Shown: one piece after another, positions 24,467-38,940 of the stretch
Numbering within the stretch: position 1 is the first letter of the stretch
How the letters are laid out: each line of letters begins with the position of its first letter
Source of the DNA: Marsupella aquatica
Taxonomy: Eukaryota; Plantae; Marchantiophyta
DNA length: 64,000 nt
Direction of reading: 5' to 3'
NCBI GenBank assembly: GCA_973895155.1
Contig: OZ316892.1
Span: 2,731,223 to 2,795,222 of the forward strand
The notes under the pieces: model-generated
Told to the model about the DNA's origin: nothing
The model's input: only the letters and a program-made list of their open reading frames with translations
Database searches by the model: none
Translations under genes and position numbers: made by a program

Positions 24467-24750
24467 CAATTTTAGAATTACAATTGGGGTCAAACAGTAC
24501 ACCTACCCTTACGGATGTGTGCACTAGATTGCCTTAACTTGTAACCTTATCAATTTCAAAGTTACAATTGGGGTCAAACAGTACACCAACCCTTGCGGAT
24601 GTGTGCACCAGAATGCCTTAACTTGTAACCTTATCAATTTTAGAATTACAATTGGGGTCAAACAGTACACCAACCCTTGTTGATGTGTTCACCAAAATGC
24701 CTTAACTTGTAACATTATCAATTTCAAAGTTACGATTGGGATCAAACAGT
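24467..24750. repeat. 84-bp tandem repeat, ~3.4 copies
   Basis: Units start at 24467, 24551, 24635 and 24719 (CAATTT..TTACAATTGGGGTCAAACAGTACACC..GCCTTAACTTGTAACC). Reverse complement of the array at ~48500-49230. Confidence 0.92.
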
Positions 24751-26260
24751 GAATCTTCAAACTAAGTTGCCCAAGATAGTATTACAGATAGTTATAACTA
24801 ATGGCTCACTCCAAGCCATCATTTTTCTTGTGGCATACTCTTGTTATTGTGGATGAGCTTTTGATGTCATTCTTATAAATAAAACTAAAACTAATTCAAA
24901 TTTACAACACTTCTCCGACTGTACTTTGGCTATATAATTTACCTGAATGAATTAAGCTGGACCCAAATACTAGTTGAATGACAATAAAGATGATGACAAA
25001 AATAAATATGCATCATCATCTTGAATCACACACAATACATTCCTCTCTAGTAACCTAGACCCCACTTGTAACTTCTCTTAGTGAATTAGTTCGTGGACCC
25101 CTTGGCTAATAAAATCAGGGGGAAGAGTCGATCTGAGCCGTCTCCATTTCTTATCTCCGGAAACCTCGTCTGTCCATCATAATGGCCAATCTATGGCTCA
25201 AAAGAAATATCTCAAATAGATCAATGGATGGGTTCTGTTCGTTTTTCAAATAGGTTAATATTTTTCAAATGAAAAATTAAACAAATCCAAGCCTTCCTAG
25301 CCGTCGATTTCGTTGATTTTGCGATCTTTGCCATCCATTTTGTAATGCTTCTAGAAATCTTATTCATCCATTTTAGAAGGTGATCTAGGGTGCAAAAGAA
25401 AGATCTCAATGAGATCTACGACTGGGTATTTTTTGTTTTGAGAATGAGTAAATAGTTTTGAGTATAAAATTCAATGAACTTTCAAGATTCCAACTATTCC
25501 TCTTCCTCGATCCTGGGTTTCTATGTGCTCTTCCCAGCATTAATGGCCGTACAATACGAGAGGTCCTTACATACCGGGAGTTGCAATTTAACAAGGAAGT
25601 TATCAAGTTAGTTATTAGTCATTACTTATTATATAAAAAATTATTTTTATAAATCTTTGAATTTAAATTTTAAAATTGGAAATGTAACTAAAACGGTTAC
25701 ATAGTGACAGTTTTAACCGTCTTGCTCTTTGCATTTCCAATGTTTTTACTTTTGTTTTTATGACATGGTGCCCCAAAATTTACATCCAAATTGATACAAA
25801 CACGAATAAAAACTATAAGTTGGACACACACAACTGACGAGTCTTGTTTATTACGGTTGTTGTTGACGTGACACGCTTTGGTGTTAGAAATTTTGGAGGT
25901 GACCTCTAGTGGGGTCCGTAATTAGTGTTAGTAGTAAGATTAATTACAGTGGACTACGGTACACCAATGTAACACCGTAACACTCTTGGTGTTGTCGTCG
26001 AGCACCGACTGGATCAGAGTATCGCGAAAGCAGTCCCACTGCAAGGTTGGATAATCACTACGAACACCGAGTGGGCAAGCCGAGCGCTGGACTGAACATC
26101 TTGCAGAATTGAACCAAGGAGGTCTCTGTGGCGTTGGCTCTCGAATTGGGGCGAAGCAGAATTTGGGGGTGCATATCTTCATTTCTTCGTCGCTCGAATT
26201 TGAGCCCAGGAAGGTATCTTTCTGTTGCTGTTGTTGTTTAGTGCTGAAGTTTCGGAAGCG

Positions 26261-29200
26261 ATGGGGAAGAAGCAGCATAGCAAGGATCGGATGTTCATAA
26301 CGAACACCGAGTGGGCGACAGAATGGGGCGGTGCTAAGAACAAAGATTTGAAGACGCCTTACAAACGCTTGCCCTTCTACTGCTGCGCGTATGCTCTTCG
26401 CTCCCTCTCTTTCTGTCTGTGGTTTGAATCTCTTTGTTCACCAGACGGTGTTTAGTCGGTTGAGGGTCTTTGTGTCCATATCGTGCTGGTTGGTGTAAAG
26501 AGAATTCGATTAGTGTCCCTATCCGTTGCAGAAACAATTATTCTGGTTCACACATAATTGAATTACGCCAATACAATCAACGGGATGGGAGGTCTAATTC
26601 TCAAAGAGCTTGCTGCCCCAAGAAGGCGTGACCAAACCACTCTTTTGTTCGTGTTTTGTTGATTCTGACCGCTGATCTTTGAAGGGATGTCAGATAAACG
26701 GGATTTTTTAATCTGTAGACAATACAAGACTGTTTTCTGTTGCACTTTCTTTCTAGGGCTTGCTCTCAAGTTCTTATACTCTGAAAGTTTGACCTTATTA
26801 TTATGACAGGCTGACCTTCACTCCCTTTGAGGAACCCATGTGCACAGCCGAGGGGCACGTGTTTGATATATTGTAAGTGTCTCTGGTTCATACTTCCATG
26901 TTTTTTTGTCAGCTTACAGAGACCGTAGCAGCAATCGTTTCGACGTTTTCCCTGAAAATTGACGAAACATACAAAATAATCCGTTCTATTCCGTTTTGAA
27001 AAAAATTCTGAGATTGAGAGAGGGACGTACTATAGCCGGCGCCTCGCAGTGGGTCATCATATGTACTCTTCACAGGTGCTTATCGATAACTGGCAACTGA
27101 CGGATGCATGGACATAATTTCCTTTCTTAGCTGATGTTGTGGTTGGCATGTACAGGCATATCGTGCCATACATCATCAAGTACGGGAAGAATCCTGTCAC
27201 GGGATTGCCTCTAGCTCTGAAAGATTTGACAAAGTTGCACTTCCACAAGAACTCGGATGGTGTGTGACACATGTAAATCATCACTCCCAAATCTTCAAAC
27301 TGCAGCTCCTTCATCTTTTGTGCAAACTCAATGCAAATGTCGAGTACAGATTGCCAATGCTTTGAACATTGTTTTGTGCAGGAGAATACCAATGCCCAGT
27401 CTTGAACAAAGTATTCACAGAATATTCGCACATTGTTGCTATCAAAACGACGGGGAATGTGTTTTCCGACGAGGTGAGTTCGCATCCATTGGGTCTCTAG
27501 TTTTTCCACTTTGGAAATGTTTGAAGATAGTCTTATATTCGGGAAATGGACTCAGCTTACGCAGACAACTGGTTCTCTGACATATGTAGTGCTATGTAAA
27601 GATAGTAGACCCAGTTGGCATTCTTTGGTTGTCTTTGTTTTAATAGCATGGAAAGTTGAATTCTATCAAAAGAAGCCTTTTGCCACCAAATTTCAGGCGA
27701 ATTGTCCTGGACTGGACAAATCATCAAAGTTGAAAACTTGCCTATGGCCAGTAACTGTCGCGGAAGTATATCAACTACCTACAGGAGTGTCTTCAAGATG
27801 TTCTTCGTTCCAACATTTATGTGCTCTTGAGAATTATCATGATGTAAATTGGAAGTGTTATGGTAGGCAATTAGGGAGCTCAATATAAAAACAAGGAACT
27901 GGAAGGAGTTGCTGACAGATGAGCCTTTCAAGAGGGAGGACATCATAACTATCCAGGTATCGAGTAACACTAACTTCCTGTCTCCGTTTATCCTCTGGTT
28001 TCTTAAGAGAGTTATTTGTTTTATGTTCGTCACCTTTTAGACTCATTTGCTCCTTAAATTTCTGACCGCCTGTCATGGCCTTTATTCACTTACTTCGTAC
28101 CATTGACACGGGAGATTCGTACCACTATGAATGTTGCAACAACTGTAATTATGTTCTGTGCAGTTGGACCCATGAGTTGTCATAATTGTTTAAGAGCATA
28201 ATCCCTCAATACATCAATTGTTGCATCCGTCACCGTGGTGACGCATCATATCATTGCTTTGCAGGATCCAAATAGGCTGGACGTGAAGGAGACAACGGAA
28301 TTCGATCACGTGAAGAAGGACATCACACTCGATGACGAAGGTATATTTATTTGTGCTTGCATCTGTCCTATCTGCTGCTTGGAGGATGGTGGTTGAATCA
28401 AAGTATCTAGAGAACCTGCTATTCGTTGTTTGCAGAAACTTTGGTGAATGCCAGCTAAAGTGACGGACCGTACTTAAGGAACAATGTGGGCCTGGACATA
28501 TGCTGGATTTCTAAATATGTCAAACCGAAACAACCTTGCTCACATTTCGCTTAATTCTGATGTGCAGAGATCAAAAAGCTAGCTGAGGATCCGACCTACA
28601 ACATTAATATGTCAGAAGATACCAAGAGAATCATGCGGGATCTCGGTACTGAGAAAGGTAGAGAAGCTGCAGTACTCGGAGGCGGAGGGGGCAAGGCACA
28701 GAAAGAACGAGCTACAGCACTTCAAACTATCGAGGCAGCCAGAAAACGTGCCGCTGCGGGTGAGGAGCCGGAGAAAAAGGTGGAAGAGAAGATTGCGCTT
28801 AGTATTGTGGATGCTGCCTCAGCCTCCGTGCATGGGAGGAGTGCCGCTGCAGCCAGAGAGTCCTCGCAAGCAAAGTCTGCAGCGCGGATAGCAGCCCATG
28901 CAGCTGGTGATCTTGTGCCAGTTCACACCAAGCTTGTAAGTTTTGAGCCTTCGTAGACACTGTGGGTATTACGGCGGATCTTAAAAAAATCTATAGTTGA
29001 CAGTGAAGGAACTTGAAATTGTTTTCCTGGTCCAGAGTCAAATTTGTAAGATCAGGGAGTTGCTGACTTCATGTTCTTGGCCTTACTTATATCGAGCTAT
29101 GAATCAGGACGTTGTTTATCAACGAAACTGATTCTGTAGGGACTATGGCTTTGGATGAGCTTTAATGTGTTAAGTGCATATGTATGTAAAGGCCGTGGTC

Positions 29201-30718
29201 TGTTGCTTACCTCCAGTTCCTTCCAACGGGTGCAATTGCCAGGTGAAAAGTCGATACACAACAGGTGCAGCATCGCGATCATTCACGTCAACAACCTATG
29301 AGCCTGTCACGAAGAACGAGTTTGAATATGTCCAAGCTGAAAAGAATCCCAAGAAGAAAGGTTATGTGCGTTTGCATACTACTCATGGAGACCTGAACAT
29401 TGAATTACATTGCGATATTACACCACGGACGTGCGAAAATTATATCACCCTGTGTGAGCGTGGTTATTACAACAACACTATTTTCCATCGGAGCATTAGG
29501 TATGTTCCCTGTTGTTGCAACTTCGAAGGCCTGGCTAAGAATATGGTTGCACTTCTGGTAGAGGAAAGCTCCATTTATTTGCTGAGTTGTGACACTCCGT
29601 TGGTGTGAGTGTTTGTCAGGAACTTCATGATTCAAGGGGGTGATCCAACTGGAACCGGCCGGGGTGGGGAATCTATTTGGGGCAAGCCATTTAAAGATGA
29701 ACTGAATTCAAAACTTCTTCATTCAGAAAGGGGAATTTTGAGTATGGCAAATAGTGGACCTCACAGCAATGGATCCCAATTTTTTATCCTCTACAAATCA
29801 GCTACACATCTAAATTACAAGCACTCCGTCTTCGGTCGAATAGTAGGGGGTATAGACAACCTTTCCCTAATGGAGAAGGTTCCAGTGGATGATGATGATC
29901 GACCTCTGGTGAGCTGCCCAGTATTTTGCTTTGGTTCCAGTTCTCCATACTCGCACGTTCTATCACTGTATTCTGGACGTCATTATTGGTATTTTCGACG
30001 CTTACTGATAGAAAATTATGATTAACGATAAAATCCAATCTTATTCATTTCTTTATCTTTTCCTACTGCAGGAAGAGATCAAGATTTTGAAGGCCTCAGT
30101 GTTTGTCAACCCTTACACTGAGCTAGATGAGGAAGAGGAGGCAAAGGCCAAAGCCGAAACAGCTGCTGCAGCTGCTGATTCGGAGGAAAATGTAAGTCTC
30201 GTACTCACTACGGACGAGCGTCTTATGCACTTGGAGAATTCCGACGTCCTTAGTGGCTGACAGGACGTACTGTTTAGAGTAGTAAGGTTTTTGTTTTTAT
30301 TTTTTGAACAAGTAGAGCATGATCAAATCTGGAGGCTTGCATGGAACTTAATATTTTCCCACGTGAGTCAATTGACACATACTTATCGATTGGCTTCCTT
30401 CAGCTCCACTCGCTCGCCCGATGGTTTTTTCAGCTGTAAGTTAATTCCGAAAGCAGACATTCCGAAATAGTTCCTGCTAACACCTTCTCTGTATGATTGT
30501 AGGCCACTGTTGGGTCTTGGTATAGCAATCCAGGCAATAGTCAAGGGCCAGATTCGGGGCTCAAAGGTGTAGGCAAATATTTGAAAAGCAATCAACCGAC
30601 ACACAGCTTGAATCTCGATAATGGAGAAGGAGATAGATCATATGGGGTTCTGGGAACCAAAAAGCAGAAGAGGCAGCCCGCAGCAGGAGTAAGCTTCCAA
30701 GATTTCTCTTCGTGGTAG
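26261..30718 (+). CDS. PPIL2: U-box/cyclophilin peptidyl-prolyl isomerase PPIL2 (plant CYP65), 11 exons
   Basis: [50 protein letters not shown], then cyclophilin [43 protein letters not shown], and C-terminal DFSSW*. Exons approximately 26261-26388, 26810-26872, 27156-27259, 27382-27473, 27867-27956, 28265-28340, 28568-28935, 29243-29499, 29620-29908, 30072-30191, 30503-30718. Confidence 0.95.
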
Positions 30719-32233
30719 AGTAGATTAGGGGATTCGCAGGTCACCTTGCTCCTAATTGTGCTCATCAGATTTGTTGCTTCCTTTCTTCTTTAAAGAAGTT
30801 GTAAATATCCCAAGGTGGAGGAAGGTACTCATCTTGTTATTCAATGTTTTTCTGGTCTCCTCCCATGAAGTGTTTCTATCACTGATGATAAATATGACCT
30901 TGTTGCGGTGGCCCTGAATTGTGGTCGATGAGGTAATTTTCTTGCAAGCAATCGTTAAATGGGATTCCTTCTGTACCTTCAGACCCATTTCTGCCTGGAA
31001 AGAAAGTTGTGCAGAAATACATAGCAACAAAGCGCATGTTCTTTTTCTCCAGAATTACATCTCAAGTAATCTTTGACGTCCAAAAAAGGTTTGAGGTTTT
31101 GTGTCCCTTTCATCCCAATATTCTCAAGATAATTTCAGTTCAGGGATTTTCTCTTATGGGGTGGCATACTCTTGGCATTTCATGGTGTGCCAGAGTAGCA
31201 AGTCCTGGCTCGAGTTCACGACAAAAACACTTTCCCTGGTCTTCCCCTAGATGACCCATTTTCATCAATGGACTTTCGGTTTCGCCCTCGGGCAACACTC
31301 ATGAAAACACCACACTGTGGGGCCCAATTTAAATCAGCAATCTGCAACGAATCTCTGCACTCATCAGATGTAAGCTCACACTACCAACAATGTAGCTTAA
31401 TTCACATCTTCGTCAAGTTCCTTGGAAGGCGGCTAAGCCAAATTACAGCAGCTCCACAAACAAAGTAAACCCAAATGTCTCCCAAATGGTAACTTGCAAC
31501 TTAGTTACAAAATGCTCATATCGCAAAACAATTCGCCCATGCACTTTAGGAGGAAAGGTTTTCTCGCTATGTTCTCCTCCATCAGATAGAGCACTCACTC
31601 CAGATTGTATGGATTTCGGTCCTTTTCCTTGCCTGGTCCCCTTCCATAGGACATAGCACTCAAATTCGCCTGTAGAGGGTTTAGGTCCTCTTTTTGGCTT
31701 TGTCTCTGGTCAATTGATGTTGGGGCTTGTTCCCCTTTCCTCCAAAAACTGAAATATAGTAGGTGAACTGGGACAGGATAGCATCCATTTTGGGAGCAAA
31801 GGATGCATTTTTTCTTTGCTTTTGGTAAAATTAAGTATATTCTTTAGTACATTTAGCTTCTTTGAGCTCTAGAAACTGGGGATTATGGCAGAAAATGTCC
31901 TTGAACCTCAAGATCTAGATAGGTATCATATTCCATAAACCCCTCTACCCACCCATAGCTTTGTCTCAAATCTTTAAGCATGAATGACCTTCAAAAACAT
32001 GATGTATAACTGTCATTGTAGCAGAGGTTCCAGTGCCTTGCCTCCCATACCTTGGACTTGCCCTTTGCGCCTCATCTAACCATCTGTACCTCACCCTCTG
32101 TGTCTCACCCTCACTTTATAGTGCTTGGAAGGTTGCAGATTATGTCCATTAACAATACATCTGCCTTCCTCAGCTCTAGAGTTAAAGGCCTAGTACATGA
32201 CAGCACTCTTCCTTGAATCTGTCCCTAGCTCGC

Positions 32234-32234
32234 T

Positions 32235-32265
<31 letters not shown>

Positions 32266-32268
32266 GGA
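32234..32268. repeat. (TG)n followed by poly-G microsatellite
   Basis: Seen directly in the sequence. Confidence 0.9.
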
Positions 32269-34682
32269 CGCGGGGGGCCGGCAAGGACTAAGTCTGGTTT
32301 TTCATTTTTGCAATTTAATAGTGCCAGTGAACTTCTGTTTCTAAAATTCATTTTTACATAACAGGATGTATCTGTGTCTTGTCCTCTCTGATCGTGCAAT
32401 GCAAGGCATTGAGCTTGTAAGGATGCAGATGTCCTCCCTTGCCTTCTGGTTGTTTGGGACTCTTGTATTTTTTGACTCTTTATAGTTTGGTTTCCCCATT
32501 TGATTGAGTTTCTTGCCTTTAGGACCTGTTTATCCAGGTATGATGCCTTTGATTCTTTGCAATATTTTATATATAGTCTCTATCTGAAGGGAGACCTAGA
32601 CACTCTCATGTTCCGACTGATGGAGTCCCATTGTATCCAAGGGTGGCTTTACAAGACATTGGTGGCAGCTGTTCACTTTCCAAGTTTTGCTTATGTGAAG
32701 CACACTTTTGTCCTAGATTTTAGACCACCTTTGTTGGAGGTCTCTTCGTCTGGCCCCTTGGTCCATTCCTATTTTAAGTCATTTGCACTAAAAGGTGACC
32801 TACAAGTCCTTCATAAAGTCTTTTCTTGTCACAGCTAGAAAGACTTTAGCGAAAGAATATCGTGACATTGAGCTGGAGTGGGTCCCCAATCTCTTTTAGC
32901 ACAGTAATCGAGCACCACTGGATGCACTTTGCTTTACCAGACCTTGCCTGGGGACTATAAAAAGATTCCAAATTTTGATATTAGCCCTCAGATACTATAT
33001 TTAAAGTGTGAATTCCAGTTTGCTTTGGTGAAAAAACCTGCCAAACTTCTTGTAAAGTCATCCTATTGTACGTTGAAAAAAGAAGGAATTGAGTACGGTG
33101 GCTTAGACTGAGGTAGAAATAAACTGTCTAATGTACTTTATTTAGACAAAATAAATGATTGAGTGGTCTACACTGGGGTAGAAATAAACTGTACTTTGTA
33201 TTTTGTCGTCCCTCCTTCTGGACAGCTCTTCTTTGGACGCATTTTGTATCTTGTCTCCGCCGTAAACAAAAACTTTTGCAGTCAGAAAATCAGAACAAAT
33301 TTCGAAGATGATTGCATCCATGACTCGATTGCATGGTAGTGGGCTCAACCTGCTAGAGAGCAGAGATACCAGACTGGACTAGAATGGCGAGATTGTTGAA
33401 TTATGAATTTGGATTCCCTGCAATCATCAGATTTTAGGTACAGTTTGCGAACTTTTATTTGTAATTTGCAATTTCAAAGGAGGACCACAGTGTCTCGAAG
33501 TTTGTGAAAATTCCCAAAGATTTTGTGCAAAACACTGATTTGCCAATGTAGCATAGTTTATATAGTTTTAAAAAACGAGATCTAGAAATTTTTTGATGAT
33601 TGGCCGTGATGATGGCAGAACAAGTATCTCACTATAAAAGTGCCAAGTGAAACGTACTCTTAAGGGCCTAGGTCTAGAGTAAAGGCTCTGGACTAGACAC
33701 TAACTCCCAATACAGACAAAACTGACAAGAAGACTCAATAAGGTCAAAAATTTTAATGAGGTTTCACAAAAGTGACATTGATTCTAAATAAGAGACAAAA
33801 TGGAATGAATATGGACAGAAAACAAAGATGAGGCATGGGGCAAAGTCTAATCAAAATCGCCAATAAAATTTATTGTGCAAGATGGTCATGGGGCTAGTGC
33901 TGCTAAATTCAGCTGGTAGCCTCATGTACCATGTCAACCCCTGCACTCCACTCAAGTAGTCAAGTCTCAACAATTTTCGGTGAAGGGTCATGAGAGACCT
34001 GGCGCTGTGGTGCATTGTCATCACATTTTGTCCCATATTCTGTCTTCCAGTCCAGAACTTTGTTTCCATGTGATCGTCCCAGAAGAAACGTCATTCGTGA
34101 CCCCTGTGGCCTGTGCTGAGTACGGAGATCGGGAGATGGGTGCTTCAAGAGCTACAGGAGTAGAGGACTCTGTCAATTTTAGTTCAAAGAAAAATCGGTG
34201 GCCAGTGGATTTCAAGCCTTAGTTGAAGGCAGAAAGAGCTTGAATTACTGTAGAGTGCACACTATAGAGACGATCCACTCTTGACATGTCGTGTCGCTGT
34301 AGATTTGCCATTGTGGTTGACAATTGGGCAGCGAGAAGAGAGCTGAAAGTGTGATTGAAGTGAGGTGGTTGTAGGAAAGAGGCACATAGATGGAGAAGTA
34401 TTGGATTGCCTCCCGTTTGGACGTTCCCCTCGGAGTTTGGGATTCATTTGTTTTTTGCATCTATGCACGCCGTTTGCATGAAGCTCTGAACTGATTAAAG
34501 AACTGCGACTGTAGTCTAGAGTGATCTTGTTATTATTGATTTTTCTACCCAGGTTTGGAATTGGAGAGGTTGAAGTCCAAAATCCAGCTAGAGAAGAAAC
34601 AGGAGACGAGCATCAGAGGAGACATAAAGAGAGGGGAAACAGTTGATTGAGTGAAGATTGATTTCAAGGCGAGGCAGGAAAG

Positions 34683-37600
34683 ATGGTGACGGACGATTTA
34701 CCGAAATGTGAGGCTAACTATGCCCCGCTGACTCCAATCACGTTCATACAGAGAGCAGCAGCGGTGTTTCCCGACCGGTTTTCTGTGATCTATGGTGACC
34801 GACGCTTCAAGTGGGCGCAGACGATAGAACGCTGTCTCCGCACTGCCTCTGCACTCACATCTTATGGAATTTGTCCAGGCGACACGGTTGTTATTCCACG
34901 GAACGCCTTTCTAGCTTTTGATTACGTTGGCTTGAGTCTTCGTTGCAACCACGAGTTTGAGTCTTTGTCTTTTGATTCTTGAAGGAAATGAAGGTCACGG
35001 CTTAACAATTGTTTTTTTGCCATTTCTGAAATGTGCCATGCGCGCCCAAATATCCTATTCTCCTGTTCTGGCGGATCGGAAAGTTTTGAAAAGTTGCGAA
35101 GACAGCTAGAACTAGAGACTGTGCAAACTCTATGATGCTCACCAAGTTAGAGTTGAGGGTCTCTTCCTTTTCTGGCGCTCTTTTCCTGAAGATTCCATTC
35201 CAGATCTGTCAATAGGAACTTTGTCAAAAGAACGCTAAGAGTTGATTGGAAGGAAACCAGGCGCTAACAATCATCGTGAGGCTCTCGTTCTCCACGGGTT
35301 GATACCGTGTATTTCACTACCCAGGCCGGGTTCTTCTAACCATGGAAATCCTCAACACACACACGAACCATAGGAAGCTGTTGTACGTGATGAGGACAAG
35401 AATGGAATTGTTTACTGCTACATTAAACTGTTGACGACACAACCTATTGTCGTGGGAAATTGGGTTGCCTTGATTTTGTAAATTTAGCATTGAGCCACAA
35501 AAGCTCTGTTTGTAAGATAGGCCGGACGAAGAAAGCTTGAGTGGACACCGCACGAACTCACTGAGATTCCTAGTGGAACTAATAGATTGAGATGACCAAG
35601 GTGGCTTCCAACACAGCATATGCCGGATGGACCGAGTCGATTAAATGAATGAATTAGTAATGACTTTGGAATTGTCCAGATTTTTGGTCCGAATGAGGTT
35701 TCTTACTAACTTATCTCGCTGCCGTGGACCTTTCTATCCGCAGGTCTCAGTGGTAGCACCGAATATTCCAGCTATGTATGAGTTGCACTTTTCGGTGCCA
35801 ATGGCGGGCGCTGTCCTCAATACCGTCAACTACCGTCTCGATGCCCGGACCATCTCTCACCTCCTGAACCACTCTGAGGCCAAACTGGTGTTCGTCGACA
35901 CGGAGTTCCTTCCGGTGGTCCATGAAGCTTTGAGAGTCCATTTCCCCAAAAATTCAACCAAGCCTTTCGTGGTACACATTGAGGACAAAGCTTATCCCCA
36001 GTATGCCGAAGTCACACGCGAGTTTGGGAACCTCCTAGATTACGAGGATTTTCTGAAAGGAGGCGATCCCAACTTCGCCATTCGTTGGCCCAAAGACGAA
36101 TGGGACGCCATATCAATAAACTACACATCTGGCACAACCGCATCTCCCAAAGGTGTGGTGTTTCATCACCGAGGGGCTTACCTCAATTCACTTGCTACCA
36201 TTTTGGACTGTAACATACCAACAGGACCCGTCTACTTGTGGACTTTGCCCATGTTTCACTGCAACGGCTGGTGCTATACTTGGGCATTAGCTGCGCAAGC
36301 AGGAACCAGTGTTTGCTTGAGAAATGTGATTCCCAAGACAGTCTTCAGTGCAATACATGAGCACCGTGTCACACACCTGGGTGGAGCTCCCACCGTCCTG
36401 ACCATGATCGCCAATTCTGCGGAACACGAGAGAAAACCCTTTCAACATAAGGTCGTAGTTGTGACCGGCGCAGGGCCCCCTGTAGCTGCAATTCTTGCCA
36501 AGGTAGAGGCTCTTGGGTTTTCTGTTACTCATGGGTATGGAATGACCGAAACCTATGGTCCTGCTGTGATGAATATTTGGAAGGAGGAGTGGGACACTCT
36601 TCCCTTAGAGGAAAGAGCCCAGATAATGGCTCGGCAGGGTGTGGGGAGCTTGACTTTTCCTGTTGTCGACATAATGGACCCTAAGACCATGATTCCCGTC
36701 CCTCGGGATGGGAAAACTATGGGAGAAGTGATGATTAAAGGACATTGTGTTATGAAAGGCTATTTAAAGAACCATGAAGCAACAGCCGAGGCTTTCGAAG
36801 GAGGGATGCTTCATACAGGTAATTATTTCCTGACTTAGAACAATTTGGAAATACTGGATCGATTTTTGCAGTTTCAGGCTTGAACGAGAAGCTTTTATTG
36901 GGAGAAGGTTTGGAGGACTTTCATAGACGGAACTTGAAGGCTTGGCTGATGAATATCATTTCCCTAGCCTATTTCGTAGTACTATAACTCTTGTACTCCT
37001 CATCTTCAAGTCCCTTCCTTCCATTCGTTCTTCCCAATGATGCGGTAGTCAAGCAAATTAGATTACTTCCTCATGAGTCTACTTGGAGATGGAAACCATA
37101 ATATATCAGTCCCTAGCTGAGCTCAAGTCGTCCGCACTGAACATTGGAGTATGGAGTACTTTCATTGATTCTATCAAGTTGGCCAGGTCTTTAGTTTGGA
37201 GACTACCTATCTAGAGCTTACTCTATTGGTCGCTCTAGATCTTTGTTCCGCAGTGAAGCATAGACTGGGGAGTTCTCACTGTTTTTGTGTTACTTGCTTC
37301 TGGACCTCATGCAGGTGATATAGGAGTGATGCACCCTGATGGCTATTTGCAGCTGAAGGACCGATCAAAGGATATCATCATTTCTGGGGGTGAAAACATC
37401 TCAAGTATTGAAGTTGAATCCATTCTCTTCACACACCCACACGTTCTAGAAGCAGCTGTTGTGGCTCGTCCTGATGAGTTCTGGGGAGAAAGTCCATGTG
37501 CGTTTATCTCTCTGAAAAATTCCGCACCTTCCGACGTATCCGAGAAATCAATAATTGAGTGGTGCAGGAAAACAATGACGCATTACATGACCCCGCGGTC

Positions 37601-37718
37601 TGTTATATTCGGAGAGTTGCCAAAAACGTCCACTGGAAAGATGCAGAAGAACGTCCTCCGAGAGCGAGCTAAGAAGCTGGGGTCTCTCTCAGCTTCAAAA
37701 GGCAGAAGCAAGTTATAA
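34683..37718 (+). CDS. Peroxisomal acyl-activating enzyme (AAE-type short-chain acyl-CoA ligase), 3 coding exons
   Basis: [14 protein letters not shown]-binding [60 protein letters not shown], and C-terminal PTS1 SKL. Exons ~34683-34887, 35744-36818, 37315-37718. Confidence 0.95.
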
Positions 37719-38627
37719 ATTCCTTAGTAGCTTGAAAGTGGCAAACTCGCTACCTCGCAGTAGTGAATCTACCTAAAAAACGAGTTAATTCTAGTAGAAC
37801 TGTAGCAAATCCATGTACAGATATAGGCAAACCGAGGTTTTAACGCCTCGATTTGGTCAGGGGTTGCGGCTGAGAGATTTCAACTATTTTCCATCAGAGA
37901 GATGTTTGCCCTGACAAAGCCATCACATGTCTGTCCAAGGTATTATTTTTTCCAGACAAAGGGTGCCCAAAGCCAAATTGTTCTACCTGGGGTAGTTGGG
38001 TCCACTGATGAGTCTGGATTCTTTGATCTCTGGAGACCGGGTCATCGTCAGTGCCGTTAGTAAGAGCTGGACAGACACGTCTAAAACAGTACATTACATA
38101 CCGGGCGATACTCACATCATCTTCTACTGTACATAAGAGGCTTGACAGCCCCCTCAGGTGTCGTGGTCACATATGTTATGTTCCTCTTGGGACCCAATGG
38201 AGAGATTTTCATCTGAGTTGCAACATGGGGCTCGCCATCCTGGGATATGCAATATTGAACAGCTTTTGAATTTGAGAAATAAGTCCTTTCCATGCGACCA
38301 CAGCAAAGGTAGATCAGTCATCAAGTTGATTTTCTGTTAGTGATTTGGAATTTTGTGTAGTGGACAAGAAGCCCCCAAAATAACTTTAGACTTGGAATGA
38401 GAAGGCCTCAAAAGAATGAACCAATATCACGGCCAAGAAGTCAAATAGAACCTCGCAAGGTTGAGAGTTAAGTAAAGGCGAATTCCATCACACCGCTGAA
38501 GTCTGACTTGAGCAAAAGAGGGCGAACATCGCAAAGAGACAGATACAGACAAAGGGACGCGACACACTCGTTGAAGTAACTGTGACAATCGTCCAAAGAT
38601 ATTTTGTCAGATCAGTTTCCTGTCAAG

Positions 38628-38940
38628 GTTTGGGATTGGGAAAAGACGAAGTCTTAAACAGGGCTTCAGTTGAAGAAGAAGAAGACAGGAGAGACAACGA
38701 CAAGCAGGTGATTTGGGGAGCTGGTAGGGAAGGCCGAAAAGACACTGCCAAAGTGTGAACTATGCCCCAGTGAGTCCAATCAAGTTTCCAATCACTTTCA
38801 CACACACAGAAGCTAAAGTGTTCCCAACAAGTTGTCTATGATTTATGGCGGCAGACGCTTCACGTGGGCTCAGACTCTGGAACGCTGTCTTTGCATAGCC
38901 TCCGCTCTTCCTTCCATGCAATTTCTCCTGACCATCCCGG
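38628..38940 (+). pseudogene. Degraded paralogous copy of the AAE 5'UTR and first coding segment
   Basis: AACTATGCCCC..CCAATCA, GTGTT.CC and ATTTATGGCGGCAGACGCTTCACGTGGGCTCAGACTCTGGAACGCTGTCT (IYGGRRFTWAQTLERCL) parallel 34716-34850. GTTTGGGATTGG..GAAGTC parallels the UTR at 34553. ATG lost; frameshifted. Confidence 0.8.

Noticed and set aside
30750-34500. Numerous 60-112-aa ORFs between PPIL2 and the AAE gene
   Set aside because: No motifs or coherent exon structure; consistent with chance ORFs in intergenic DNA.
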